A stretch of 64,000 nucleotides of DNA from Turneriella sp. (GTDB lineage: Bacteria; Spirochaetota; Leptospiria; Turneriellales; Turneriellaceae). A program made the translations under genes and the position numbers. The stretch is from NCBI GenBank assembly GCA_965279515.1, contig CBDIID010000003.1:4224001-4288000 (forward strand), read 5' to 3'. Of the stretch, positions 29,142 to 38,602 are shown one piece after another. A model generated the notes under the pieces. The model was not told where the DNA came from. It was given only the letters and a program-made list of their open reading frames with translations, and made no database searches. Within the stretch, counting starts at the first letter, position 1. Every line of letters begins with the position of its first letter.

Positions 29142-30137
29142 ATGCGTATATCTGTTATCGGTGCGGGCTCGTTCGGCACCGCGCTTGCAAAACTGACGGC
29201 CGAGAACGGCCACGACGTACTGATCTGGAGCCATAGCGCTGATACCGCCGAAGCAATCCGCGCGAATAAAGAAAATTCGATTTATCTGAAAGGCATTACT
29301 TTGCCTGATTCGATCAGGGTCACGACAGATTTTGCAGAGGCAGCGCAGCATGCCGAACTTGTCGTCAGCGCAACGCCGACGCAGGCGATCCGCGAAGTTT
29401 ACTCAAAAGATGGCCGGGCGGCGAAACTGAACGTACCGATTGTCGTCGCCTCCAAGGGCATTGAAAAGAAATCGCATATGCTCGTCTGCGATATCTTCAA
29501 GGATATTTTCGGCGATGCAAAGAAGGGAAACCTGTTCTTTCTCTCTGGGCCGTCGTTCGCGCGCGAGATGGCGCTGAAAATGCCGACGGCGATCACGATA
29601 GCCGGCTACGATAGCACGCGCTTGCCTGATATACAGAAGGTATTTCACAATGAATATTTTCGCGCCTATGCGACGCCCGACGTGATCGGCGTCGAGCTCG
29701 GCGGCGCGCTGAAAAACGTCATGGCGATTGCCACGGGCATCGCCGACGGCCTCAAGTTTGGCAGCAATACGCGCTCGGCGATTATCACGCGCGGCCTCGC
29801 GGAGATAGCCCGGCTGGGTGAAAAGCTCGGCGCGAAACCCATCACTTTCATGGGTCTTGCCGGTATGGGTGACCTCGTGCTCACATGCACCGGCGATCTC
29901 TCGCGTAACCGTACTGTTGGCCTCAAGCTCGGGCAGGGCATGACGCTCGCTGCGGTGCAGAGCGAGATGCGTATGGTTGCCGAGGGTGTGCCGACGACCG
30001 AAAGCGCGCATGAACTCGCGCAGAATCTGGGTGTCGAGATGCCGATCACCGATGCAGTCTTTAAGGTGCTTTATGAAAACAAACCTGCACTCGAGGCCAT
30101 CAAAGAACTCATGGGCAGGTCTATTAAATTTGAGTAA
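29142..30137 (+). CDS. gpsA: NAD(P)H-dependent glycerol-3-phosphate dehydrogenase
   Basis: GAGSFGTA, SKGIE, SGPSFA, GGALKN, GDLVLTC and SRNR. Confidence 0.96.
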   Translation: MRISVIGAGSFGTALAKLTAENGHDVLIWSHSADTAEAIRANKENSIYLKGITLPDSIRVTTDFAEAAQHAELVVSATPTQAIREVYSKDGRAAKLNVPIVVASKGIEKKSHMLVCDIFKDIFGDAKKGNLFFLSGPSFAREMALKMPTAITIAGYDSTRLPDIQKVFHNEYFRAYATPDVIGVELGGALKNVMAIATGIADGLKFGSNTRSAIITRGLAEIARLGEKLGAKPITFMGLAGMGDLVLTCTGDLSRNRTVGLKLGQGMTLAAVQSEMRMVAEGVPTTESAHELAQNLGVEMPITDAVFKVLYENKPALEAIKELMGRSIKFE

Positions 30138-30173
30138 TTTGTAATCAGGTAGGATTTCCGTCGACTAACAAGC

Positions 30174-30674
30174 ATGAAAAATACGAACGTATGGCTCACT
30201 GCCGTTGCAGCAGTTTTTTTACTCAGCTGCGGCCGTGGCCCCGAAGCCGCGCCACCTAAGGTAAAAGGAGGATTTCCTATGTCACAAAAAATCCAAAAAT
30301 CCGATGCCGAATGGCAGAAAACTTTGACGCCCGAACAGTTCTATATTCTGCGCAAGCAGGGCACCGAGCGCCCCTTTACCGGCAAATACCACGACCACCA
30401 TGAGAAGGGTATCTACCTCTGTGCCGCGTGCAAAACCCCGCTTTTCGATTCGCAGACCAAATTCGAGTCCGGTACGGGATGGCCGAGTTTTTACCAATCC
30501 GTGAAAACGGAAAATGTCGAAGAGTTGAGCGACACCAGCCATGGCATGGTGCGCGTCGAAGTGCGCTGCGGCAAATGCGGCGGCCATTTGGGGCATGTCT
30601 TTGACGACGGCCCGAAGCCGACGGGCCAGCGCTACTGCATCAATTCAGCGTCGCTGGATTTTCAAAAGAAGTAA
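30174..30674 (+). CDS. msrB: Peptide-methionine (R)-S-oxide reductase with N-terminal lipoprotein signal
   Basis: [23 protein letters not shown] and RYCINS; lipobox LLS-C. Confidence 0.95.
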   Translation: MKNTNVWLTAVAAVFLLSCGRGPEAAPPKVKGGFPMSQKIQKSDAEWQKTLTPEQFYILRKQGTERPFTGKYHDHHEKGIYLCAACKTPLFDSQTKFESGTGWPSFYQSVKTENVEELSDTSHGMVRVEVRCGKCGGHLGHVFDDGPKPTGQRYCINSASLDFQKK

Positions 30675-31946
30675 CTAATCTTTCAGCGCGGATTTCAGTT
30701 CGCGCATCGAATATTCTTTGCTGTAAAAACCCGTCAGCGTATGGATCAGTTCGCCGTCGGGTTTGGTCAGCACAACCGTCGGCAAACCGCGGATGTTGTA
30801 GCTCTGCGCGAGGCGGTCGAGCTCGTCGGTCGGGCTGGAATAATCGATGCGTACGGGTAAGATTTTATTTTCAAGGGCAAAATTGATGAACTCATCCTTG
30901 ACAAAGAGCTTTTTTTCCATCTCTTCGCAGGCGGTGCACCAGTCGGCCCAAAAATCAATGAAAAGAATCTTGCCTTCTTTAGCTGCGACAGCTTTGGCTT
31001 CAGCGAGGTCTTTATACCATTTGAGTTTGCCTTGCGGCAGCGACATGGTGATTTTTTTGCCCGCGTCGCTGACAGCGCCGTTATTGTTTTTCACCTCGAC
31101 GCCCCAGTATTTTACGAAGGGCGAGGTGAAGAGAAAGAGTCCCAAACCGGAGATCATGAGCATTCCCGCGGTGTTGATTTTGAGTCGTGTCGGCATCGGA
31201 TGCTCCCTTTTCATGGGTTCTGAAAGAATAAAAAATGTCACGCACATGGCGAAGCCAATGACTGCGAACGGAAACGCCTGCGCTACCGGGGGGAAATCCC
31301 CCGCAAGATCTTCGAGATAATGAAAGCCGGCGGCGATCAGCGTCACGGCGCCTGCATATTCAACCGCATGCAACCAGACGCCGGGTTTCGGCAGGCGGAT
31401 CGAAAAAAGACCGATAAGCAGAAACGGCACACCCATGCCGAAGGCAAAGGCGAACGCCGCGAGCGACGGCAAAATGACCGATTGCTGCTCGCCCGCGTTT
31501 TTGCCGATCTGCACGAGCAGGTTGCCGAAGAACGGCGCTGTGCACGGCGCGGCGATGAAGGCTGAAAAGATACCGAGAATCAGCGGGTATGCCAGGCCAT
31601 CTTTCTTACCCACCTGCAGCCGGTTGGCAAAATTAGGTAGTGGCAGGGGCAAAAGATGCGCATAGGCGAGGCCGAGATAGATAAGGATTAAACTGATGGT
31701 CGTGATGACATAGGGGTTGCCGAAATATTTGCCGAACACGGCGCCTGTGAGCGCGGCGATGACACCCAGTGAACCATAGGTCAGCGACATGCCGAGCGTA
31801 TAGATGCCCGCGGCTTTAAAACCCTGCAGCCAGCTTTTACGCTCGCCGCCGACAAAGATGGCGGTGGTGATCGGTATCAGCGGATAGACGCAGGCGGAAA
31901 AGGAGGAGATGAGGCCCCAGCTGAATGCCGCAAAGAGCATGGACAT
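30675..31946 (-). CDS. DsbD/CcdA-type transmembrane disulfide reductase with C-terminal thioredoxin
   Basis: ACVYPLIP and APCTAP (TM Cys pair); FWADWCTAC. Confidence 0.88.
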   Translation of the reverse strand: MSMLFAAFSWGLISSFSACVYPLIPITTAIFVGGERKSWLQGFKAAGIYTLGMSLTYGSLGVIAALTGAVFGKYFGNPYVITTISLILIYLGLAYAHLLPLPLPNFANRLQVGKKDGLAYPLILGIFSAFIAAPCTAPFFGNLLVQIGKNAGEQQSVILPSLAAFAFAFGMGVPFLLIGLFSIRLPKPGVWLHAVEYAGAVTLIAAGFHYLEDLAGDFPPVAQAFPFAVIGFAMCVTFFILSEPMKREHPMPTRLKINTAGMLMISGLGLFLFTSPFVKYWGVEVKNNNGAVSDAGKKITMSLPQGKLKWYKDLAEAKAVAAKEGKILFIDFWADWCTACEEMEKKLFVKDEFINFALENKILPVRIDYSSPTDELDRLAQSYNIRGLPTVVLTKPDGELIHTLTGFYSKEYSMRELKSALKD

Positions 31947-32035
31947 GCGGGTAATATATCAAATGTCAAACGCCGCGGCGAGAAGTAAGCCGCCGGATAG
32001 CGCTTGACGGTTACGGCGGCTCAGCAAGTAAAAAT

Positions 32036-32944
32036 ATGCGAATTTTTCTTCTGCCGCTGGCGCTGTTATTTCTGGCCTGCGCTTCAGGCACTACATCGTC
32101 CGGTACCGAAGTCAAAACAATTCTCGAAAAACAAAACTCCCGGTTTGGCCTCGTCAGCGTCCATGATGCCGGTGGAAAAAGATTCATCAGCATCGGCCAG
32201 CAGGAACAATCCGGTGTGAATCTGGCGAATAAGAGAGAATGGGTCTATACCTACATGTATCTGCTCTCGCTCGGCATTCTGGCGGTCGAGCACGGCGCCG
32301 CTGAGCGTCCGGCGCGTGTTCTCGTGATCGGGCTCGGCGGCGGCAGTTTTTCCGATTTTCTCGCCGAAGTTTATCCGCGCTGGAATGTCGACGTCGTCGA
32401 AATCAATCCCGCAGTCATTCGGCTCGCGAAAAAATATTTCCCGATCGATAAACGTGTTAATATCATTGAAGACGATGGCCGCGCTTACCTCAAAAAAACC
32501 AAACAGAAGTACGACGTCATTCTCATGGATGCATTCGGGGAACATTATATTCCGCCCGAACTCTATACCCTCGAATATTTTAACCTGCTAAAAAGCCGCC
32601 TGGTTCCCGGAGGACTTACCCTCATGAATACCTGGGAAGGGAACCCGCTCGAAGCGCAGGAGATTATGACGCTGCGAAACGTGTTCGCGCGCGGCTACTG
32701 GATTCATAACCCGAGGGAGACGCCGGGGAACCGTATCTATATACTGGGGGATAAACTCGACAGCGAGGAGATAATCAAAAAGAGAATTGCTGAAGAATTT
32801 TCCCGGAATAAATTCACGGGCTCATCGCCCGGCGACATTCTGGCGGCGATGCAGAACCTCTATAAACAAAACCTAACCGCAGAACCCATGACCGACCGGA
32901 ACATCGGTGCGCTGTTCAAAAAATACCGCAAGACCTGGGAGTAG
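32036..32944 (+). CDS. Spermidine-synthase-like SAM-dependent transferase with lipoprotein signal
   Basis: LVIGLGGG, VVEINP, DDGRAY and YDVILMDAF; LFLA-C. Confidence 0.82.
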   Translation: MRIFLLPLALLFLACASGTTSSGTEVKTILEKQNSRFGLVSVHDAGGKRFISIGQQEQSGVNLANKREWVYTYMYLLSLGILAVEHGAAERPARVLVIGLGGGSFSDFLAEVYPRWNVDVVEINPAVIRLAKKYFPIDKRVNIIEDDGRAYLKKTKQKYDVILMDAFGEHYIPPELYTLEYFNLLKSRLVPGGLTLMNTWEGNPLEAQEIMTLRNVFARGYWIHNPRETPGNRIYILGDKLDSEEIIKKRIAEEFSRNKFTGSSPGDILAAMQNLYKQNLTAEPMTDRNIGALFKKYRKTWE

Positions 32945-32946
32945 CG

Positions 32947-35136
32947 CTACTTTTCCGTTAACACTTCAAAGCCGCGCCAGTCGGCCGGTGGGAATTTCAG
33001 GTGCCTTTCGATGCGCTCAAGGTAGAGTTTGAGCGTCTTGTCGGCGGTATTCTCTGCCGCCATTTGCAGGAAGGCCGTCTTGGCATCGCTGAACTTGCCT
33101 TCCTGGTAGAGTGCCAGGGCTTTGGTAAAATCGGCGGCCTGTCTTTGTTTCATGCGCTTCTTCTCATCGCTATCGCTGTTGAAGACCTCGATGAGTCCGA
33201 CCGGTTCGTTCTTGCCTTTGACCGCTACACGATCGACGAGCCGGTAGAGGTACTTTTCTTTCTGCTGAATGTCGTTCCACGAGACGTCGGAGATCAGCGT
33301 ACCCGCACCATAATTTTTCGTGAGGCTTTCAATGCGCGAAGCGAGGTTGACGGCATCGGCGATGACTGTACCGTCCATTCTCTGGTGCTCGCCGATCGTA
33401 CCCAGCATCACGCGGCCGTGGTGCACGCCGATGCCGATTGCAACGGGGAGGAAATTATGCTTCGCGCGGCGGTTATTCCAGTCAAAAACACGTTCATGCA
33501 TCGAGAGCGCCGCCTCAAGGGCATCGGTTGCTGCACCGCTCCGCGGCAAAGAGGGCATCCTGCCCGCCGCGGAGTCAGGGCCTCCGTGCCCTCCAGGAAA
33601 TAGCGCCATCACGGCATCACCGATATACTTGTCGATAAAGCCGTGGTGGTCGCGTATGACCGGACCGACCTTGTCGAGGTATGAATTAATAAAGTCAAAA
33701 TTTTCCTTGGGTGTCATCTTCTCTGACAGCGAGGTGAATCCGCGGATATCTGAAAAGAGCACCGCCATATCGCGCTGTACCTGGTCGCCGAGGTTGACGT
33801 CGAGAATGCTCTTCTTATCGAGCATGGTGAGGAATTCAAACGGCACAAAGCGCCGCGAAGCCGCATTAAATTTAGAAAGGCTTTCGTTTAATGCCTCGGT
33901 TTCATCATGGAGACGTACGAATCGGTTGGCCAGCACGAGCGCCATTGATATTATAAAGAAGATAAAAACATAGGTCAATAGCGGTGGCAGGTTGATTTTC
34001 GCCTGCCCGCTGAGAATATCGAGAATCATCGCTGCCAGCAGAACGACGAAGCTGACAATCATGATGATTGCATCGCGGTTTTTTCGTGCCACTTCGCGGA
34101 ACAGTATGAAAGCAATGCCGATAATGTAAAAGAACCAGATATACGTAACGACATTGTTCTGCAGGAAATCCCAGGTTTTGACATCCGGAGAAAACACCAC
34201 CGCCGCGGCCACGCCTGTGATAATAACATTGGCACCAATCACCGAATAGTCCCAGATCTTCACCCAGCCCGTAACAGGCCACTTGTAATAATGCCGGATA
34301 AAATAATAGAACGAAGGTACTAGCGTGAAGAGCGACAGGTACTGGATGCGTTTCCAGAAATACAGATTTAACCCGTATTGGTATTTAAGCTGCGTGTGCA
34401 GCGCACTGTAGACGACCAGTGCCAGGGCAAACAGCGCAAAATAAAAATTTTCGCGATCATGGCGGCGGCGGATAAAAAACAGGAAAAAATAAAGCCCGAA
34501 GGTCAGGTAACAGACGAGGGCAAGCGAACTCCATAGATTTTGCAGGTAGAACTCACGGTACATAAGCGCTGCCGGCCCGATTTCGGTGCGATCGCGGTAG
34601 ATGCCCAGTTCTTTTTCCAGCACACCCTGAACCTCGACGGCAATCTCGTTGACCCCGGCCTTGAGCGCACCCGCAGGGATCGAGTAGAGCCGCGTCTTAT
34701 CATAGGCCTGCGGTTCGGGCCGGCCCATCTCACCGGTTTCGCCGATCAGCACGCCGTTGAGGTAGGTGCGGTCGCGGTCGTTGATTTCACCCAGGCGGAT
34801 TGCGTACGCCTCGGTGGGTATTTTTTCCAAACGAAAGCGCATGCGGTAGTGGGCGATGCCCAGGCCGCTCATTCCGAGCTGGGGAGCCAGATTCTCCGGG
34901 GTTTTGACGATTTTATAGCCTGCGAATTCATCTTCTGCGACTTTTATTTTTCTGACGAGATTGCCTGCGCTGGGCTGGAATGAAGCGTTTTTTGCATACC
35001 AGATAAAACCGTCCGCCGACGAAAATCCTGCGACTTTTCCCGGCTGAATCTCTTTCGGCACGTTCTCTTCGAGGGCCGCAAGACTACCGCCGCCTGCCAG
35101 AGAGAAGAGGAGCAGAAAGCGCAGTTGTTGTTTCAT
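32947..35136 (-). CDS. 7TM-DISM class III adenylate/guanylate cyclase
   Basis: LFSDIRGFT, DKYIGDAVMALF, GIGVH and DAVNLASRIESL; 7 TM; N-terminal sugar-binding-like domain. Confidence 0.9.
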   Translation of the reverse strand: MKQQLRFLLLFSLAGGGSLAALEENVPKEIQPGKVAGFSSADGFIWYAKNASFQPSAGNLVRKIKVAEDEFAGYKIVKTPENLAPQLGMSGLGIAHYRMRFRLEKIPTEAYAIRLGEINDRDRTYLNGVLIGETGEMGRPEPQAYDKTRLYSIPAGALKAGVNEIAVEVQGVLEKELGIYRDRTEIGPAALMYREFYLQNLWSSLALVCYLTFGLYFFLFFIRRRHDRENFYFALFALALVVYSALHTQLKYQYGLNLYFWKRIQYLSLFTLVPSFYYFIRHYYKWPVTGWVKIWDYSVIGANVIITGVAAAVVFSPDVKTWDFLQNNVVTYIWFFYIIGIAFILFREVARKNRDAIIMIVSFVVLLAAMILDILSGQAKINLPPLLTYVFIFFIISMALVLANRFVRLHDETEALNESLSKFNAASRRFVPFEFLTMLDKKSILDVNLGDQVQRDMAVLFSDIRGFTSLSEKMTPKENFDFINSYLDKVGPVIRDHHGFIDKYIGDAVMALFPGGHGGPDSAAGRMPSLPRSGAATDALEAALSMHERVFDWNNRRAKHNFLPVAIGIGVHHGRVMLGTIGEHQRMDGTVIADAVNLASRIESLTKNYGAGTLISDVSWNDIQQKEKYLYRLVDRVAVKGKNEPVGLIEVFNSDSDEKKRMKQRQAADFTKALALYQEGKFSDAKTAFLQMAAENTADKTLKLYLERIERHLKFPPADWRGFEVLTEK
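33539..33592 (-). repeat. Twin GGA-loop hairpin element, copy B (in-frame within the cyclase domain)
   Basis: Minus strand: AGGGC-ACGGAG-GCCCT-GA-CTCCGCGGC-GGGC-AGGAT-GCCC-TCTTT-GCCGCGGAG. Confidence 0.82.
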
Positions 35137-35999
35137 TTTTTCGCCCCCATCTGTGTGATATAGGCGCCGATAACGTCGCTGATTTTATCATCCGGAGTAT
35201 GTACATTCATCACCATATCCGAATGGTCTGTTTCTTTAATCCATTCAACCCGGATCTGGCGCAGGCCCGCAGCAGCGGATTTCTCAGCTAATTTTTTGCC
35301 CTGTTCAATGAGGTAGTTATAATCTTTTTCACCGAAAAGAATCAGCGCGGCCGTGGCATCGCGCGAAGCGTAGGTTGCCGGAGAATATTTCGCATCTTCG
35401 GCGCCTTCACCGAAGAACGGCACGGTCAGTTCTTTATTAAAATCAGCTTCTTTATGCTGGCGCATATGTGCGATATCGAGAATCGGCGAAAGCGCTATAA
35501 CTCCGCGGACATCCGCATTTTTTTTCTGCCACGCGGCCAGGAGTGCAAGGTGCCCCCCGGCTGAATGGCCCACCAGGTAAACCTGCGCCGGATCGATGGC
35601 AAACTTATCTGCTCTTTTTTTCAGGTATTGCACAGCGTTCGCGATATCGTTCAGTTGGTCTTCGACTTTCGCGCGCGGAAAAAGGGGGTAGTCGATAACT
35701 GCTGTCGCGATACCGCGGCTCGCGAGTGCGAGGCCGAAATTCTGGTAGAGGCCGGTAAATGCCTGGTGGTAACTGCGCGTCTGGTTGCGCCAGTAGCCGC
35801 CATGGATAAAAATGACCGCCGGTACTTTGCCGGCGGCTGTTTTCGGCGTATAAAGATCGAAACCCGCGTCCTTGTCTGCCGTATCTGAATAATTCAGGTC
35901 GTCGTGGAATGCGACTTTTTCTTCAACCTTCGCTCGTGCACGCAGATGGCAGCCGCTAAGCGCCGCCAGAATCGCCGCAATCGTCATAAAACGTATCAT
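35133..35999 (-). CDS. Alpha/beta hydrolase (HSL/esterase-like) lipoprotein
   Basis: HGGYW and GHSAGG; lipobox LSG-C. Confidence 0.88.
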   Translation of the reverse strand: MIRFMTIAAILAALSGCHLRARAKVEEKVAFHDDLNYSDTADKDAGFDLYTPKTAAGKVPAVIFIHGGYWRNQTRSYHQAFTGLYQNFGLALASRGIATAVIDYPLFPRAKVEDQLNDIANAVQYLKKRADKFAIDPAQVYLVGHSAGGHLALLAAWQKKNADVRGVIALSPILDIAHMRQHKEADFNKELTVPFFGEGAEDAKYSPATYASRDATAALILFGEKDYNYLIEQGKKLAEKSAAAGLRQIRVEWIKETDHSDMVMNVHTPDDKISDVIGAYITQMGAKK

Positions 36000-37297
36000 C
36001 GTATTAACCCCGGATTTTCAAGATATTGCGCGAGCGTTGCGAGAAATTTTGCACCAACGGCGCCGTCGACGATGCGGTGATCGCAGGCGAGGTTTAAGGC
36101 CATAAATTCCCCGAATAAAACTTCGCCATTTTTGCCCTCGTAAGGCCGCCGTTCGCTGGTACCGACGGCGAGAATACACGCCTCGGGCGCATTGATGATG
36201 GCCTGGAACGAAGTGACGCCGAGCATGCCGAGGTTTGAGATCGTAAAGCCTGCGCCGGTGTACTCATCGGGTTTAAGGCGTCGTGCCCGGGCGCGTGCGC
36301 CGAGCTCTTGCGCGGCTGCAGCGATCTGGAAGAGGCTGTACTGATCGGCGTTGCGGATGACCGGCGTGATGAGCCCGTCTTCGATGCTCACAGCGAAGCC
36401 GACGTCGACGTTGCCGAGTTGCACGATGTGGCCATTACCGAATTGACGGAGAACTTCCGGATGGCGCACAAGACTCTGTGCGACCGCCGCGATAATGAAA
36501 TCATTCACCGAGACTTTTTTCGGTAGGTGGGCGTTTTCGGGATTTTCCTGTGCTTGCAGCGTCGCAAGGCCTTTGTTTGTCTCTTCGCGCAATTTCACGA
36601 GGCTCGTCACATTGATGCTGCGCGAGAGGTAGAAGTGCGGTACATTTTGTTTGGCATACGTCAGGCGCTCGGCAATGGTCTGGCGCATCGGCGAGAGCGG
36701 TAGTGTTGTGTCGGGTATGCGCTGACCATGCGCGGCGTGGATCACAATAGAGCCTGCTGTTGTACCGGCGCGGGCCGGCAGTTGCGCGCCTGCCGAAAGA
36801 TCGCGGCTGACGATGCGGCCACCGGGTCCCGTACCCTGAATCGTTTTGAGGTCGATGCCATTTTGCCCGGCGATTTTTTTAGCCAGCGGCGAGCCCTTGA
36901 TGCGGCCCGACACTTGCCCCTGATTTAAATCAGGGGCGAGCGAAGGTTTTGCTGGCGCGGCCTGAGTCGCGCTACCGGTGGTTTGGCTGGTTTGCCCCCG
37001 ATCTGAAGCCGGCTTAGCTTCGGTTTTAATCCCACTCAGCAGGCTGTCGAAATTCTCACCTGGCTCGCCGACGACGGCGATGGGGGCGCCGACCGGAAGT
37101 TTGTCGCCCTTGTTTGCGAGAAGTTTTAATACGACACCACCGTCGTAGGCTTCGAGGTCCATGACCGCCTTGTCGGTCTCAATGGCTGCAAGCACATCGC
37201 CGGGCTTTACCCTGTCGCCTTCTTTTTTCAGCCATTCGACGAAGACGCCTTCCTTCATGGTGGGCGAGAGCTGTGTGATTGTTATTAGTTTAGCCAT
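35996..37297 (-). CDS. pdhC: Pyruvate dehydrogenase E2 dihydrolipoamide acetyltransferase
   Basis: Lipoyl IETDKA, PSBD SPLAKK..GTGPGGRI, catalytic DHRIVDG. Confidence 0.9.
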   Translation of the reverse strand: MAKLITITQLSPTMKEGVFVEWLKKEGDRVKPGDVLAAIETDKAVMDLEAYDGGVVLKLLANKGDKLPVGAPIAVVGEPGENFDSLLSGIKTEAKPASDRGQTSQTTGSATQAAPAKPSLAPDLNQGQVSGRIKGSPLAKKIAGQNGIDLKTIQGTGPGGRIVSRDLSAGAQLPARAGTTAGSIVIHAAHGQRIPDTTLPLSPMRQTIAERLTYAKQNVPHFYLSRSINVTSLVKLREETNKGLATLQAQENPENAHLPKKVSVNDFIIAAVAQSLVRHPEVLRQFGNGHIVQLGNVDVGFAVSIEDGLITPVIRNADQYSLFQIAAAAQELGARARARRLKPDEYTGAGFTISNLGMLGVTSFQAIINAPEACILAVGTSERRPYEGKNGEVLFGEFMALNLACDHRIVDGAVGAKFLATLAQYLENPGLIR

Positions 37298-37785
37298 ATC
37301 AGCATTGTGTTAAATGAACTCTGTCACGTCAAACAATCGGGCGTGCCGGTGCACCAACGGTACGACCGGATGTTGAGGTTGGATTAACTTTTTTTAAGGG
37401 ACGGTCGTCCAGGACGCCACACCGGCGGTCGGCGAGTAGAGAAAGCCGCTGAAACTGCCGCCCGAAAGGGCACTCTGCAGAAAACCCTTGTCATTGCCAC
37501 AGACGGTGGGATAGACAATTATTGCCATCAACCTTTTTAATGACTGCCTTTAATTTGCCCGATTTGTCCGTCGCAGAGTTGGATCTACATTGTTGCCAGC
37601 GCAATTGGTGGCGCATACGCTGAAATACAGGGCAAGCGAAACTAAACGGCAAAAGAAGTTTTTGTCACGCATCGGTTACCAGATCGGTGCTTTCAAATGG
37701 CTGTGGCGCAGCAGCCTGTAAAGGGATATTGTTTTGTAGGCAGTTTTTATCTGTACAATCCGTTCGGCCGCGTATCGCTGGAAGC

Positions 37786-38547
37786 ATGCATATATTTCTG
37801 ACGGGCGCATCGACCGGTATTGGCAACGCCATCGCCAGGGAACTCGATACACATTTCAAGGGCGAAGCATTTTTCTCTCTGGCCTCGCGTAAAAAAGAAT
37901 TGCTCGGCGATTTGGCAAAAACACTGAAAAGTAAATCCGCCGTCTACGCTGCGGACCTGTCAGAACCGGCCGTTGCAGAAATGACGCTCGAGCGTGCCGT
38001 GAAAGAAAACGGCCCGATCGACATTCTCATCAACAACGCGGGCATGCAGAACATCGACCACTTTACTTCCATCAAAAACGAAGATGCCGAGAAACTTTTG
38101 AAACTCAATTACACCACGCCGGCACGGCTCATGCGCAAGGTGTTACCGTCGATGGCCGAGCGCAATTCCGGAACGATTATCAATATCGCGAGTTTAGGCG
38201 GAATCACACCGACGCCGTATATGGCAGAGTACTGTGCCTCGAAAGCCGCCCTGGCGTCGCTGGCGATTGCGCTTTCAGGGGAATACAAAGATACCAAATT
38301 GCATTTTCTTACCGTCTATCCAGGCCCCGTCGAGACGCCGATGTCAAACTATGCCGGCGATCGTTATGAAAAAGATGCCATGAGCCGTGTGCCCTTCGGT
38401 ACGGCGGCCGGCCTTGCGAAGGAAATCCGCATAGCTATGGAAAAACGCAACCACAAGGTTGTCTATCCGGCTGTCTACAAGACGGCTGAAATGTTCCGGG
38501 ATTTTTCTATCTGGGTGACTGCCCAGATGGCCCCTAAACCAAGGTAA
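37786..38547 (+). CDS. Short-chain dehydrogenase/reductase
   Basis: TGASTGIG, NNAG and YCASK; start 37786. Confidence 0.9.
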   Translation: MHIFLTGASTGIGNAIARELDTHFKGEAFFSLASRKKELLGDLAKTLKSKSAVYAADLSEPAVAEMTLERAVKENGPIDILINNAGMQNIDHFTSIKNEDAEKLLKLNYTTPARLMRKVLPSMAERNSGTIINIASLGGITPTPYMAEYCASKAALASLAIALSGEYKDTKLHFLTVYPGPVETPMSNYAGDRYEKDAMSRVPFGTAAGLAKEIRIAMEKRNHKVVYPAVYKTAEMFRDFSIWVTAQMAPKPR

Positions 38548-38602
38548 CGGCGCAGACCTGCGGTGAGCTTGTCGAACCGTGGCACCTAAACCACGCTAGT
38601 GG

